Virus record (IMG/VR): IMGVR_UViG_3300033076_001039
Span: 1-64,000 of that record
DNA length: 64,000 bases
Reading direction: 5' to 3' (one strand)
From: a virus
Lineage: Duplodnaviria > Caudoviricetes
Part shown: positions 38,201 to 47,030 of the stretch, in pieces
Numbering within the stretch: position 1 is the first letter of the stretch
Layout: each line of letters starts with the position of its first letter
Translations under genes and position numbers: made by a program
The notes under the pieces: model-generated
Databases searched by the model: none
Told to the model about the DNA's origin: nothing
What the model saw: only the letters and a program-made list of their open reading frames with translations

Positions 38201-39609
38201 TCTATTGTTGTCTTCTCTAAATCAACATCATCAAGAGTAACATTCACTAATAAGGTATTAAAATCAATACTATTTTTAATTGATGCGGGACCTGTCGCGC
38301 CTAAGGTAGGATTTTCCGCCAACAATTTATTATATTCGATTGTATAACCACTTAAAAGTGTTCTAGCACTTTGTTGTTTAGTCACATCAAGTTCACTCTT
38401 AAACGCATAAACATATGTCCCATTTTTTAACACAATAGGTTTTGGGTTCATGTTTATATTGTACCAAGACGTATCCGAACCATAAATTTCGTTGTAGTAA
38501 TTTTTTAACACTTCTTTGTACGCTCGAATATTAGTTAATGGTTGAACGTCGACTTTTGTATAGGTATTAATAATATTTTTTTCTAAATTCTCTAAAGAAT
38601 TCATGAATTGTGCAAAAGTTAATTCAGGAAAGTCAGGGTCTATTAAACCTTTAGCTTTATACTCACTATAAACCTCAATAACTTTTTGATAACCTTTTTC
38701 ACTAACTATTTGGGTAGTAACATTACTTTGACTATTACTCGCTTGGCCTGCAATTGTTGCACTTTGTTTTGTTTGAGCTTCAATATTTTTATTACCACCT
38801 TCAGCAGACGTTGGTGATTTTGAAATATCGAATCTTGTACTGTACATGTGTGGTGCCGCCAATAAGTGTCCCATGGATATTTCATTCAAGATGTTGAATT
38901 TATAACCAACAAACTCTAAACTAATTGAGTAATTACCACTGAACGAATTAAATCTTGCATTAAAAGTTTTTAAATTTAATTGATACTTAATTGCCTGACC
39001 ATAATACCCTTTAAGTGTTAGGTAAAATGGTGGGTATGGTAAGTTAAAAAATGCTGCGTATGGTGAATTATCACCTAATTGAAATAAAGCCCTTCCTTGA
39101 ACATCCTCTAATTCTATAGTAACCGTTGGAATGAATGATGTATTAGTTGTTACATTAATACTTGTTATACCTAAAAGTCCATTGTCTTTTGATGTTCCTC
39201 CAGGATTTACAACTGAAACTTTATTATATGGTCTTGTCCCATTATTTGGGTCAATTAATTGTTCTCGTATTTGATTATCACCTAATCCGTTTCTAGTATT
39301 TTTACCCGTAAGTTCGTCATAATAACCAGTAGTTAATGCAGTTCCTTCAGTTGGTCTTAAAAAATTAATTTTGGCAACCGAGATTGTTTGGACCGTATCT
39401 TCAGGACTTCCTCCAACAGCTAACTTTGTTCTTGGTAAAACTTCAGCTTCAAGGTTGGCGAACATAACCATATTTTCATGGTCAACCAATCTTTCACGAA
39501 TGTTTCCAAATGCATCAATAGTCTTATTTGGGTCAACAACAATTATGTTGTTGTAATCAAATTCTACTAATACATTTCCACTATTGTCTCCTGGTCTATT
39601 ACCTACCAT
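32257..39609 (-). CDS. Giant baseplate hub protein (gp27/gpD-like) with C-terminal GH73/lysozyme-like and IPT/TIG domains
   Basis: N-terminal GITSINV...VTIELEDVQG; hub C-terminal motif GNALLQP..YFNL...GPYLITDVTHTI...FQTSFSG; IPT motif PKVTSFSPLTG..GTILNLTG; follows the LysM and tube-initiator genes. Confidence 0.65.
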   Translation of the reverse strand: MVGNRPGDNSGNVLVEFDYNNIIVVDPNKTIDAFGNIRERLVDHENMVMFANLEAEVLPRTKLAVGGSPEDTVQTISVAKINFLRPTEGTALTTGYYDELTGKNTRNGLGDNQIREQLIDPNNGTRPYNKVSVVNPGGTSKDNGLLGITSINVTTNTSFIPTVTIELEDVQGRALFQLGDNSPYAAFFNLPYPPFYLTLKGYYGQAIKYQLNLKTFNARFNSFSGNYSISLEFVGYKFNILNEISMGHLLAAPHMYSTRFDISKSPTSAEGGNKNIEAQTKQSATIAGQASNSQSNVTTQIVSEKGYQKVIEVYSEYKAKGLIDPDFPELTFAQFMNSLENLEKNIINTYTKVDVQPLTNIRAYKEVLKNYYNEIYGSDTSWYNINMNPKPIVLKNGTYVYAFKSELDVTKQQSARTLLSGYTIEYNKLLAENPTLGATGPASIKNSIDFNTLLVNVTLDDVDLEKTTIEQSGKLAPTTADTKITKTYLEKTLSPSLEVTLNQELVTSPEKSVNVVIPPLFIFKSSSVTNSSIPRFENLIYQMEAEANRKLTEYETKLTADFSKKIEDPTLGIGFKPTVRNISAVVMASAEAFIRLMDEVHTNAWNVKYDPVRRLAILDNPSSAPGTDTVDNYKTSQQSQNQNQGLSTGQIPVYPWPQFFVETPDDKKGRFQLKYIADPSVVNITKGYLYDKWPEVEFVEEYMRGLTQKFNPPIAQVPTDSQATTNIININAIEYPSNGVAYANKEEIKFFYEIWERQFLTSNYSGFIRANGNQLSQLTELVLSSETSNIVTSLGVSSPFLTLKLKNYDITAQNYEQFLSNISNQGTGRAYQEYIRDFFVTPYIRNLTENSFNILTTNELGKEPQITAKYEALEQLVKNATNDPLIIDTYPFTDPSWVSANMSQSDKNKGNDVYNTKQVLTVFKERNVISNFNSVYNYTTNRPVTNFSYLNVSNPVTEVLATGLNVFYTGRKNPDKFVPTEGYVTHIKPIGNITTETTTSMLNTPYMVNAIQNGVYNWRKKDKYPYVQAAYLFINSLPLASLKERYRTDGASSELDYIASCFKKFGAIHKMPYAWVLKMGSVWYRYKTFKSTGVDFLDSAWTNFDYKTNFDPITSSDTKTYKFEFEGVKNITLQNVTNPSTPKIQTGFYPKVINDFNVFYNGYDLYKDYTDAEIQASIGGGMKVYNFTNSNIIPSGSIVNLLSGNPPLSTIQTWSVILPDTVMDLDALSGNCSPNQNTTSIKYFVVPSFGSPINQVNSELLQNNIQVIPFLDNPSIYNGSVRMLWSAPNYGYFNNTSIVKPSPEKYVNKILTGNTKQSAFRFLDSDEYSNIEEIFSVFDKSILDKFEQEFLNFCKPIADIDLGPQVVVPVGESPVDNNAIFRNFQYLFRSLMSINGNTDQTNTEYFNSVANTQLSSFSTTIKSFLEYDVILKYGNPANYKRRIVDSFLASNGGPNVVTDPIVFSPYVPNTLPSSNGTITVAQSKAQFPSQWLALETEVGFSTIKNLVYTDQGSYITDFFIDNNIEFSVNNIVLCSQLIKQYATQKLITPTLNSSEFKTRLQTYLDGTTSLQNLFLNQVLNRVRADLPNQQQLPEKSIQSVIDGQQSKVENYEVFKALNDKWIAGGDFSTKTLFEDFLFLDRASRNIGDTIIVDIFSLKDSLLGTKTFEETSLNMEMSVFTFLSGILIKNKFNVMPLPAYVNFYNVQDADGTTISQNAEGSLQFADNMWGTFLDVDYRKSSPKMVCFYAGLPSSQLDLPKGNARFRSDAFELRRASENPLIENQSGKKDWAVSNRCVGFNVDIGTRNQNIFYSFSVSMDSGKATSETIQAQLDMVNQANGKNTATQNVGLYNLYKRRSYKCTIVCFGNALLQPTMYFNLRHVPMFNGPYLITDVTHTITAGEFQTSFSGIRQGVYDLPAIDTLLQSINQNLLTQIESAILTKKDNAPDKPITNINKTALLSQQGVNTAAAVNSCTNKLNTNYSAWGDFKESATTGLTPLELADAIRNKTNNSDLQVLIYLMCYIKTYNKDKFYGYNNNFANVDLTVYWGPSTKYFIQKQSSCVEVSNSTGTPTSTPIANFTNLDGFLDFMIARLTPNINRIFYGENGEAPLGLPKYYACYWTPATSANPNISPSYFDSNQNEFKTLFDTVKKGIKSAGDVQLNVASANTIKTAGDKQAQQIANGGAGATNNLNTTNAPSPSCLPPKVTSFSPLTGVTGTILNLTGTDLSGVSAVTVNGVTTTTGITINNSTNIVVIVPFSNTIVPQNNTISVGGIHGSGTTTSTFTYNPLQNAPVQTTTVPGTLPNSNTQPQQTGPLPLIGVTQNGTYLLSQASIDVSVNPVLTSSYTLLPTQVPPTLKFKVTQTNTSNNVTQTYTVYESGLISLGLGYFTSPSTFFMNQSNILSVITSNWQTPPSNCNIICEFTFNAEPLLVLATPPQEVSQFFKLNIQL

Positions 39610-39922
39610 AATAATAAAAATAATTTTCTAACGCGGCTTTATAATCCTGTAATGAAGGTAGTAGTGGATATGGAATAATCAATACCGCACCGTCAAATAT
39701 ATTGTTTTCTAAACCACCAAATTGTGGGTTGGCCTGTAATATTAACCATCCAAAATATGGTGAGTTGTAATACTCTTGAGAAACTACATCTAGTCTACTT
39801 CGGGCAACTTTATATATGTAAGATTTGTCTGTTGGTTTTTGAGGTAATTGCACAAACGGGACCACGGTTTGTTCACCATTAATAAGAAAGTCACTATATC
39901 TATTCCAATACTGATATGCCAT
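39599..39922 (-). CDS. LysM-like baseplate protein (T4 gp53 / P2 gpX-like)
   Basis: RLDVVSQEYYNSPYFGWLILQANP...GAVLIIP. Confidence 0.85.
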   Translation of the reverse strand: MAYQYWNRYSDFLINGEQTVVPFVQLPQKPTDKSYIYKVARSRLDVVSQEYYNSPYFGWLILQANPQFGGLENNIFDGAVLIIPYPLLPSLQDYKAALENYFYYYGR

Positions 39923-42900
39923 TAGTTAAATTTTACTTTTGATATCCATGCGTTACTCGAATATTCATCGTTCCACGTTTTATTATTTGTGTTTTGGTTT
40001 TCCAAAGCGCCTAACCCCTTAATCAAATTAATTCTACCCTCTTCTTTTGCTTGGTATGTTGTATATGTAAAGTTTCTTTTCTTGCTCGGGAATGGTGTAT
40101 ATTTTAAGAAGTTTTGTAACTGATTTTTTTCAACCCAAGTGATAAACTCTTTTGTAATATCGTTTTCCTCAACAAACGCTGGTTTTGCCTTTACAGTCCA
40201 ATAATCATCAAAACTTTTTCTCAAATTATCTGCATTTATTTGCTCACCAATTAAACCCTGATTATTAATTATATTGGCAATCATCGCATTTTTAAAGGTT
40301 TCATATTTTTTACTATCAACAACATCATCAGATAATAACATATAAACTCTTCTAAACGGTGCATCTAAAAATAATCCACCACTAAATGGTACAAAAACTT
40401 TTTGTCCTTCAGGTAGTTTGTATCCTGGACCAAAAACTAAATAACCTTGGTACAATTTATTATTCTTTGGATATAAGAATGTTTTTTTCTCCCAAATCAC
40501 TTTATTGAATTCAGTAATACCACTACTAATTTTTTCAATATCCTTAACTAATTCTACTAAAGTATCACTAACACCTTGTGAACTACTATCAACTTCGGTT
40601 GTTGGTATTGTAATATATGGAATCACATTTCCGTTTTTTTCTTGTTTACCATCACTACCCTTATTTGGAATTGCGGAAACAAAATAAGGAACAGTATTAG
40701 CTTTAGCAATAAATTTAATATACGATTGTTGAACGTCTGTCATGCTTTGGGTTATTGTTGTAACCGCGTTTTGATATGTTCCTTTTTTGTTTTTAAGAAT
40801 GTTTACATAATTTTCTTTCAACTGTCTTACCACTTTAGTTGTAAATAAATTAGAATCCACAACACTCTTAATAAAACCTTCATCCCCATTTTTTACATCA
40901 TCAATTAACTCTTCAAATATATCATCAATTCTTTTTTGATATCCTGTTGGTTTACCAAATAATACAGTATTATCTAATTCGGTTACCAAGAATCTACCAT
41001 CAGTATAGTTTCTTTCTAACATCCATTGTTGACGTAAAGCGTTGTTATATTGGTTAACAGTTTCTCTGTTTTTATTCACAACATTTGTAAAGTATGTCTG
41101 TGTTTCAGTAACAAGGTTATCCATAAACGTCTGATATGTAATTGTACCTGTTTCACCAGATTCAACAACACTACTTGAAATAACCGTACCAATAGTACTT
41201 TCATTTGATTGTCCGTTATTTGGAGCCGCATTATTTATGGTTGGTGGTGCAACGTTACTTAACGCAGCAAACTGTAAAAATTCTTTATCTAAAACTTGGT
41301 AACTTGTGTCAGTTGGGTCTGCTCTGTCATCGTAAATTTCAGTATTAGCATAGTAGTTAAACGTTAATGCATTCTGTAATTTATCAACAGATTCTTTCAA
41401 TCCACTACCACCCACGAAATTAAATGCCAGTGTAACTTTCGCAATCATAGGTTGGACCCCAATCCCTTCAGGGTTAATGTCCAATTGCTCATAAGCCAAA
41501 CTTAAACTTGTTGGTATAATTTTAGTGTTAAAGAAATCACCAATTCTCAATATCAATACTGGTGGTGCCCCAAATGCTGTGTTAGTTGCATTGTTATATT
41601 CTAAAACATCTTTACCACCTATTGATTTAACAACAGGTATTGTATCACCTGGTCTCATACATTGTTGTAAGAATGTTAATCGAGTATTCAAACCTTCAGG
41701 TGTTATTGCGTGAAAGGCTGGTTGGAAGAATTTAAGTTTATCTTTAAGGTTGTCAAATACCATTGGTGTTTCTTCCTTAATAACTTCAAAATAATCACAT
41801 TCAGATAGTAATGACCTTAAAACTCTTTTTGTGATATTATCTCTTACAACTGCAACGTTTTCTATTTGAGTTTGTGTTTCAGTTGTAGTGACAACATTAC
41901 CTGTAACAACTGTTGTTTTCTTTGGTGGTAAAATTGGGCTTGGAGCCTTTAACTGATTGTCTATTTTTGATATAAACGCTCTTCTACATGACATTGCTGG
42001 TGTAGTATAAATGTCTTTAGCACCTACTTGTGTATCACCTCCAACCGCATTTTGATTGGTATCCGTACAGTTTACAGACTGAGCAGGAGACATTTCACTA
42101 ATTGAATATGGTTCTTGTGTCTTCTTTGATTTTAACGGTGCTGATGTTGCAACCTCACCAAAACCAGTACCACTAACAACCAATAATCTTTTCTCTTCAA
42201 TGTATTTTTTTGTTGCAGGATTTTCATTAAAGAATCTTATAACAGATGCAATTCTTCTAGCTGACAAAGATTTGTTATACGCCACAGTTTGTGGTGCCGA
42301 ACAACTTGAGTCAATTGAAATTGTAACAGTACCCGATTCACTATTTTTAATTTGTTCTGCAACATCAATTGCCAATTGTTGAGCAATTTTATAGTTTGGT
42401 GTGATAACCGTATTGTAAAATTCGTCCAATTGAGGTCCGTTTGATTTTTTCAAATATGTTGGTTTTTCACCAATATATTCATCATACATTTCATTGTAGT
42501 TAGGTGCGGTTTTTGGTAGTGGATAATCGTTTGCAAAATAGAAACCGATTTGTTCATAATCTTTTAGATTAATACCACCATTACCATTACTACCTCCAGA
42601 ACCAGTCGCTCCCCCACCACTATTGGCTTGAGCCGCTTCAGGTGTTGTTGTAATTTCACTTACAATATATTGCATTTGTTCTTTTGTTATCTCTTTCGAG
42701 GTAATTGCTTGTTGCATTTGGAACAAATCATTTGGATTGATTGTATAATATTTTTTAGCCAATTCGTAAATGTCATACTTTCTACATCCCGCAAAGAATG
42801 AATCTAATATTCCATCGATTCTTGTCTTATTAGTTTCATTACCCAAAACTTTATTAACGATAACATTCAATACCGATGGGTGGTCAACAACAATATCCCA

Positions 42901-44946
42901 TGTTAAACTACCTGTTCTACTTGTATTCTTGTAAGTATATATTGGTTCGGGTCTTCCGATGAAATCATTTTGATTCCAACTTGCTTGAACTGACTCATTA
43001 AAAGTTAGGTTATATGGTGGGAACCACATTACTCGACCTCCGTTTGGACCTCTTTCACATACCGCCAAATCAGAAACAGAATAACCAGGGGAATTTGATG
43101 TCGCCCATGCCAAGTTTTCCAAAGAGAACATGTATTTCTTCGCATAACCATTATTCATCGTACCAATAATGTTGGTAGAGTCTTGTCCACCTTCTTGTTT
43201 GTTTGGTGCAATATTAAGATTATATGTTTTATCTAACACTGACCATGAGAATCTTCTACCTTCAGTAGTAATACCATCTTGTTTTTGTAAGTCGTTGTAT
43301 TGTAGGTATGGTACGTCTTTGGCAAATACACGACAATATTCAGTCCCTACTTCTTGTCCAATTGCACCAACATAACTTAACACCCTTGAACCTTTAGTAA
43401 GTTCTTTGTACCCGTCGTTGAATACTTTACTAACTTGGTCAATTGCATTACCTGCGTGTTTTAGACGATTACCACCTTGTGGTTGGCTGTCAATAAGTCT
43501 CTGTGTATCATCAAGAATTGAACCTTCTCTAAATGTTCTTTCTGTAGACTCTGTCGTATTATATGATGATGGTTTAAAGTCCTCATCGTCATTTGTAATT
43601 TGACCACCAATACCTACTTTCTTACCAGCATTACCTTTGTATTTAGGAGAAACCCATGTGAATCCACCTTCAATACCCCCACCGTTACTGTATGTAGGTC
43701 CATTAGCACCAAGTCTAATTTCTTTACTTGGACCCTCATATAACTGAGCAAGTTCTTCAGGACCATAAACAGGTGCTTGTACCTCATTACCGTAAGGGTC
43801 ATTTGGTAATGAACCTGATGGTGAGAATATTCTTGATGGTTCAGATGTAGTAGAACCAACATAGTAGTTAGCATTATTAGTATTTGTACCAACAAGAGCC
43901 CCACCCAACCTATCAATTGCAGTTCTGTCGTAGCTTGGCTTATACCTGTTGAAATTGATATTCTTAAACAACAAAGACTTTTGACCTTGTCCTGTATTTT
44001 CAAAGAATATTTGTGAACCTGTCTTACCAGCACCTAATAGGTTACTGATAAACTTACCTCCCGCAGCCAAGGGATTACCCAACAGAGCTTGTTGGATTGT
44101 TGTTGGTTGTGGTGGATTAATACTTGGGTCCCAATAAGAACCTGGTATTGGTGAGAACGGTAATTGTGAACCAGCAAGACTTAACGCAAACTGAGCAGCG
44201 GCACCCAACGGATTATTTGGTACCGTAATATTATAGTTAGGTTCGATTAGTGGAACATTACCTGTTAAGATATTAACAAGGTTTGTACTACTATTAACAT
44301 TAAGAATGTTTGCCCTACCAATAGTTTCTCTAATGATTGCACGTCCAATTCGGTCTTCAAATTCTCTCTTTAAAGTTTTCGCACCTAAACGAGCAATAAA
44401 TGAATCCGAACTTAATAAACCATTACTACCAAGTGGGTCAGGACTTAATAAGATTGAAACCGAACGATAAGTTGATGCGTTAAACGTTGGGTATGGTTGT
44501 CCATTTGGTGGTCTGTCTTGGTCAGGTCTAACCGTCTCTAAAGTTGTAACTGCCTCACCCGCATCAAAGTTGTTAGAACTTGAGTAGGCGTTTAGTGGTC
44601 TCCACTTTTGAGTCGCAGCAAATCCTGTATCCACAATATGAGCATCCTGTTGACCAGGACCATACTCACCTTTGTTTGATACTGTGTTAAGATTTCCTGA
44701 AATATCAGGTGCAAACTCATATCCCCCCTCATTACCCCATTTATTTAAAGGGTATTGTTTGTCGGCAAAGAAAGTTGTGTCAATTAAAAAATCAGGACTA
44801 TCAATTACTGAAATATCTTGTTGAACTACTTCATATGTAATTGGCGGGGTCGCAGGACTTGGTGATTTAGCATACGGTACTAAATTACGCGTCATCAGTT
44901 TTTTTCTGAATCCTTCGGTACTAATATAATCTAATGGACTACCCAT
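39922..44946 (-). CDS. Tail tube initiator-like baseplate protein with inserted OmpA-C-like domain
   Basis: Tube-fold halves FPPYNLTFNESVQASW...GRPEPIYTY..TSRTGSL and PPVLILRIGDF...PMIAKVTLAF flank GFYFAND...YNKSLSARRIASV...GFGE...CRRAFI; lies between tape measure and LysM genes. Confidence 0.65.
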   Translation of the reverse strand: MGSPLDYISTEGFRKKLMTRNLVPYAKSPSPATPPITYEVVQQDISVIDSPDFLIDTTFFADKQYPLNKWGNEGGYEFAPDISGNLNTVSNKGEYGPGQQDAHIVDTGFAATQKWRPLNAYSSSNNFDAGEAVTTLETVRPDQDRPPNGQPYPTFNASTYRSVSILLSPDPLGSNGLLSSDSFIARLGAKTLKREFEDRIGRAIIRETIGRANILNVNSSTNLVNILTGNVPLIEPNYNITVPNNPLGAAAQFALSLAGSQLPFSPIPGSYWDPSINPPQPTTIQQALLGNPLAAGGKFISNLLGAGKTGSQIFFENTGQGQKSLLFKNINFNRYKPSYDRTAIDRLGGALVGTNTNNANYYVGSTTSEPSRIFSPSGSLPNDPYGNEVQAPVYGPEELAQLYEGPSKEIRLGANGPTYSNGGGIEGGFTWVSPKYKGNAGKKVGIGGQITNDDEDFKPSSYNTTESTERTFREGSILDDTQRLIDSQPQGGNRLKHAGNAIDQVSKVFNDGYKELTKGSRVLSYVGAIGQEVGTEYCRVFAKDVPYLQYNDLQKQDGITTEGRRFSWSVLDKTYNLNIAPNKQEGGQDSTNIIGTMNNGYAKKYMFSLENLAWATSNSPGYSVSDLAVCERGPNGGRVMWFPPYNLTFNESVQASWNQNDFIGRPEPIYTYKNTSRTGSLTWDIVVDHPSVLNVIVNKVLGNETNKTRIDGILDSFFAGCRKYDIYELAKKYYTINPNDLFQMQQAITSKEITKEQMQYIVSEITTTPEAAQANSGGGATGSGGSNGNGGINLKDYEQIGFYFANDYPLPKTAPNYNEMYDEYIGEKPTYLKKSNGPQLDEFYNTVITPNYKIAQQLAIDVAEQIKNSESGTVTISIDSSCSAPQTVAYNKSLSARRIASVIRFFNENPATKKYIEEKRLLVVSGTGFGEVATSAPLKSKKTQEPYSISEMSPAQSVNCTDTNQNAVGGDTQVGAKDIYTTPAMSCRRAFISKIDNQLKAPSPILPPKKTTVVTGNVVTTTETQTQIENVAVVRDNITKRVLRSLLSECDYFEVIKEETPMVFDNLKDKLKFFQPAFHAITPEGLNTRLTFLQQCMRPGDTIPVVKSIGGKDVLEYNNATNTAFGAPPVLILRIGDFFNTKIIPTSLSLAYEQLDINPEGIGVQPMIAKVTLAFNFVGGSGLKESVDKLQNALTFNYYANTEIYDDRADPTDTSYQVLDKEFLQFAALSNVAPPTINNAAPNNGQSNESTIGTVISSSVVESGETGTITYQTFMDNLVTETQTYFTNVVNKNRETVNQYNNALRQQWMLERNYTDGRFLVTELDNTVLFGKPTGYQKRIDDIFEELIDDVKNGDEGFIKSVVDSNLFTTKVVRQLKENYVNILKNKKGTYQNAVTTITQSMTDVQQSYIKFIAKANTVPYFVSAIPNKGSDGKQEKNGNVIPYITIPTTEVDSSSQGVSDTLVELVKDIEKISSGITEFNKVIWEKKTFLYPKNNKLYQGYLVFGPGYKLPEGQKVFVPFSGGLFLDAPFRRVYMLLSDDVVDSKKYETFKNAMIANIINNQGLIGEQINADNLRKSFDDYWTVKAKPAFVEENDITKEFITWVEKNQLQNFLKYTPFPSKKRNFTYTTYQAKEEGRINLIKGLGALENQNTNNKTWNDEYSSNAWISKVKFN

Positions 44947-44988
44947 CTATAACTTTATTAATAAATAGGTTAATTGGTATTTTTTTTA

Positions 44989-46830
44989 TCATTGATATGT
45001 AACAACTCCTGAACCTTTTGTATCTTTTCCAAGACCAGCAACATATTGTTTAAACGCATCACTATTGAATATTTGTGTTAGTTGTTGTTGTGTTAAACCA
45101 TTTGCTCCAACAGGCCCGTCAATTGTAATTTTTATACTCCCCGTTACATCATTTTTAACATTATATGATGATGGTTGTTTTGACTCAATTTGTTTAGATG
45201 TAATTTTTGATTGTATATTTTCACCTAAAATATCAGATTCAGATAGGGGTTTAACTTGAGCTTTAGATTTAACCGCTTCCGCAGCACTGTTTGTTTTAGT
45301 ACCTGTAGCACCTAAAGTTTCGTTTATAAAGTTTTTAAATTCTTTTTCAATTCCACTTGTACCCGTAATCTTTTTATTTGCATCTTGTAGTAAATCTTTT
45401 AATGCGTCTACACCTGTCTGACCCAAGCTACTTGCTTGTTTCATTATACTATTTTCTAACTCTTCAACTTGTTTACTAAAATCTTGCTGACTTATTTTAC
45501 CTGATTCTTTTTGAGTAAATAATTGACTCATCTTGTCAACCGCGTCCGTAACTTTTTTAGTAATTTCAGAACTCTCAGGAACCGCCTTGTCGATTGAACT
45601 AACCACCGCTCTACTAATTCGTTCAGCACCAGTAAGATTACCTCTAACTACAGGTGTTGCAGCAACTCCAAAAGTTCCTTTAGCTATATTAGAATCTAAA
45701 GACGCTTGAATATTTTTCAAAACATCTAACTGACTTATTTGTATATCTTCTAAAGTTTTAGGTCTGGTTTCTTGTTGTTCTCTTAATTTTTCAAATTCTT
45801 CCTGGGTTAAATCCGCTAATTTTTTCTGTTCAACATTACCTTTATCATCTTTAATTTGAACAACATATTCACCTTCTTTACCCATTGTCGCCATATTGGC
45901 CAACAATTGTTTATCTTCTTCAGAATCAAATTGTATTGAAGGACTTATTGCGGATATTCTTTTGTCTAAATCCGCAGCAGCCAATGCTGACTTAGATAAT
46001 TCGGCAGCACTGATACCTGTAACATCTGCCATTTCTTTTAACATTAAGATACCTTGAGGATTTATCTTAAATGTTTTTGTTTTTTCATCAAATTCGGTAA
46101 ATTGTTTTGTGGCGTTGATAATACTGTCTTGTAATGCTCCAGGGTCAGTAAGTGATTGGTTCATCAATGCAAATGGGTCAGTAAGATTTCCTATAGAAAC
46201 ACCTAATCTTTGGAATCCAGCTGCCGCTTCAATTGCGCCCTCAGGTCCCATAACTTTATTTGCAAAGTTCGCGGTGTTTTGCATATCAAACCTCAACATT
46301 GAAGCTTGAGCTGCCATCTTTGTTAACCCAGCAACACCATCAGAAAAACTAAATTGGTTCATCAGTGCCATGTTGTCGGTAACCTCACCCATTACAACTT
46401 GAGCATTCAAACCAATACTTTGTACGTAATCTATCGATTGTTCTAAATTAGTACCAATTTGTGATGCTTCGACACCCGCCTGCGCAAAATTTCTAACAAT
46501 TGTTTCGGTGTCTTTATTAATAATTTTACTGGCAGCATATAATTGACTAACTTGTTCTTCTGTAGCTAAAACATTTCTTTCAGACGCCCTGGCAATATCT
46601 GCCATGGTGTTAGAAACATCTTCAACACTCCCACCTAAACGAATTACACCTGCGGCAGACCTTGCGACAGCGTCCGCCATTTCGTCCATTCTGGTTCTAC
46701 CTTGGAGAAATGCGTTGTTGAGGTTTTCAGCACCTTGGTACATATCCCCAATAGATTCCAATATCTTATCGATAGGAGATTTTAAACCTTCTATGGAGTT
46801 TTTTAGATTTTCAAAATCGTTTTCCGCCAT
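44989..46830 (-). CDS. Tape measure protein
   Basis: 613-aa Ala/Gln/Met-rich helical protein in the canonical position after tube and chaperone genes. Confidence 0.75.
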   Translation of the reverse strand: MAENDFENLKNSIEGLKSPIDKILESIGDMYQGAENLNNAFLQGRTRMDEMADAVARSAAGVIRLGGSVEDVSNTMADIARASERNVLATEEQVSQLYAASKIINKDTETIVRNFAQAGVEASQIGTNLEQSIDYVQSIGLNAQVVMGEVTDNMALMNQFSFSDGVAGLTKMAAQASMLRFDMQNTANFANKVMGPEGAIEAAAGFQRLGVSIGNLTDPFALMNQSLTDPGALQDSIINATKQFTEFDEKTKTFKINPQGILMLKEMADVTGISAAELSKSALAAADLDKRISAISPSIQFDSEEDKQLLANMATMGKEGEYVVQIKDDKGNVEQKKLADLTQEEFEKLREQQETRPKTLEDIQISQLDVLKNIQASLDSNIAKGTFGVAATPVVRGNLTGAERISRAVVSSIDKAVPESSEITKKVTDAVDKMSQLFTQKESGKISQQDFSKQVEELENSIMKQASSLGQTGVDALKDLLQDANKKITGTSGIEKEFKNFINETLGATGTKTNSAAEAVKSKAQVKPLSESDILGENIQSKITSKQIESKQPSSYNVKNDVTGSIKITIDGPVGANGLTQQQLTQIFNSDAFKQYVAGLGKDTKGSGVVTYQ

Positions 46831-46858
46831 TTTATATTATCAGTTTGTATATAAATAG

Positions 46859-46886
46859 AAGAAGGACTAATTTTTTAGTCCTTCTT
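46859..46886 (-). terminator. Perfect 12-bp hairpin overlapping the stop of the chaperone extension ORF
   Basis: AAGAAGGACTAA-AAAA-TTAGTCCTTCTT then CTATTTAT on the minus strand. Confidence 0.6.
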
Positions 46887-47030
46887 ATTATCTTCGAGCC
46901 ATTTATTTAGTAGATATTTCCTAACAAATATTGGCATTCGTTCAAAATCTTGATAAGTAATACCCAATAAAGTCCTTAAATAGTAAAATTCGTCAATTTG
47001 ACTTTTTCTATAATCAGAAGAAAGGGCGAA
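46875..47030 (-). CDS. Tail chaperone C-terminal extension (gpGT-like), probably reached by frameshift; not in ORF track
   Basis: The +1 frame from TTT TTT CGC reads FALSSDYRKSQIDEFYYLRTLLGITYQDFERMPIFVRKYLLNKWLEDNKKD*, filling the gap before the tape measure gene. An in-frame ATG also exists at 47054. Confidence 0.75.
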   Translation of the reverse strand, partial: FALSSDYRKSQIDEFYYLRTLLGITYQDFERMPIFVRKYLLNKWLEDNKKD

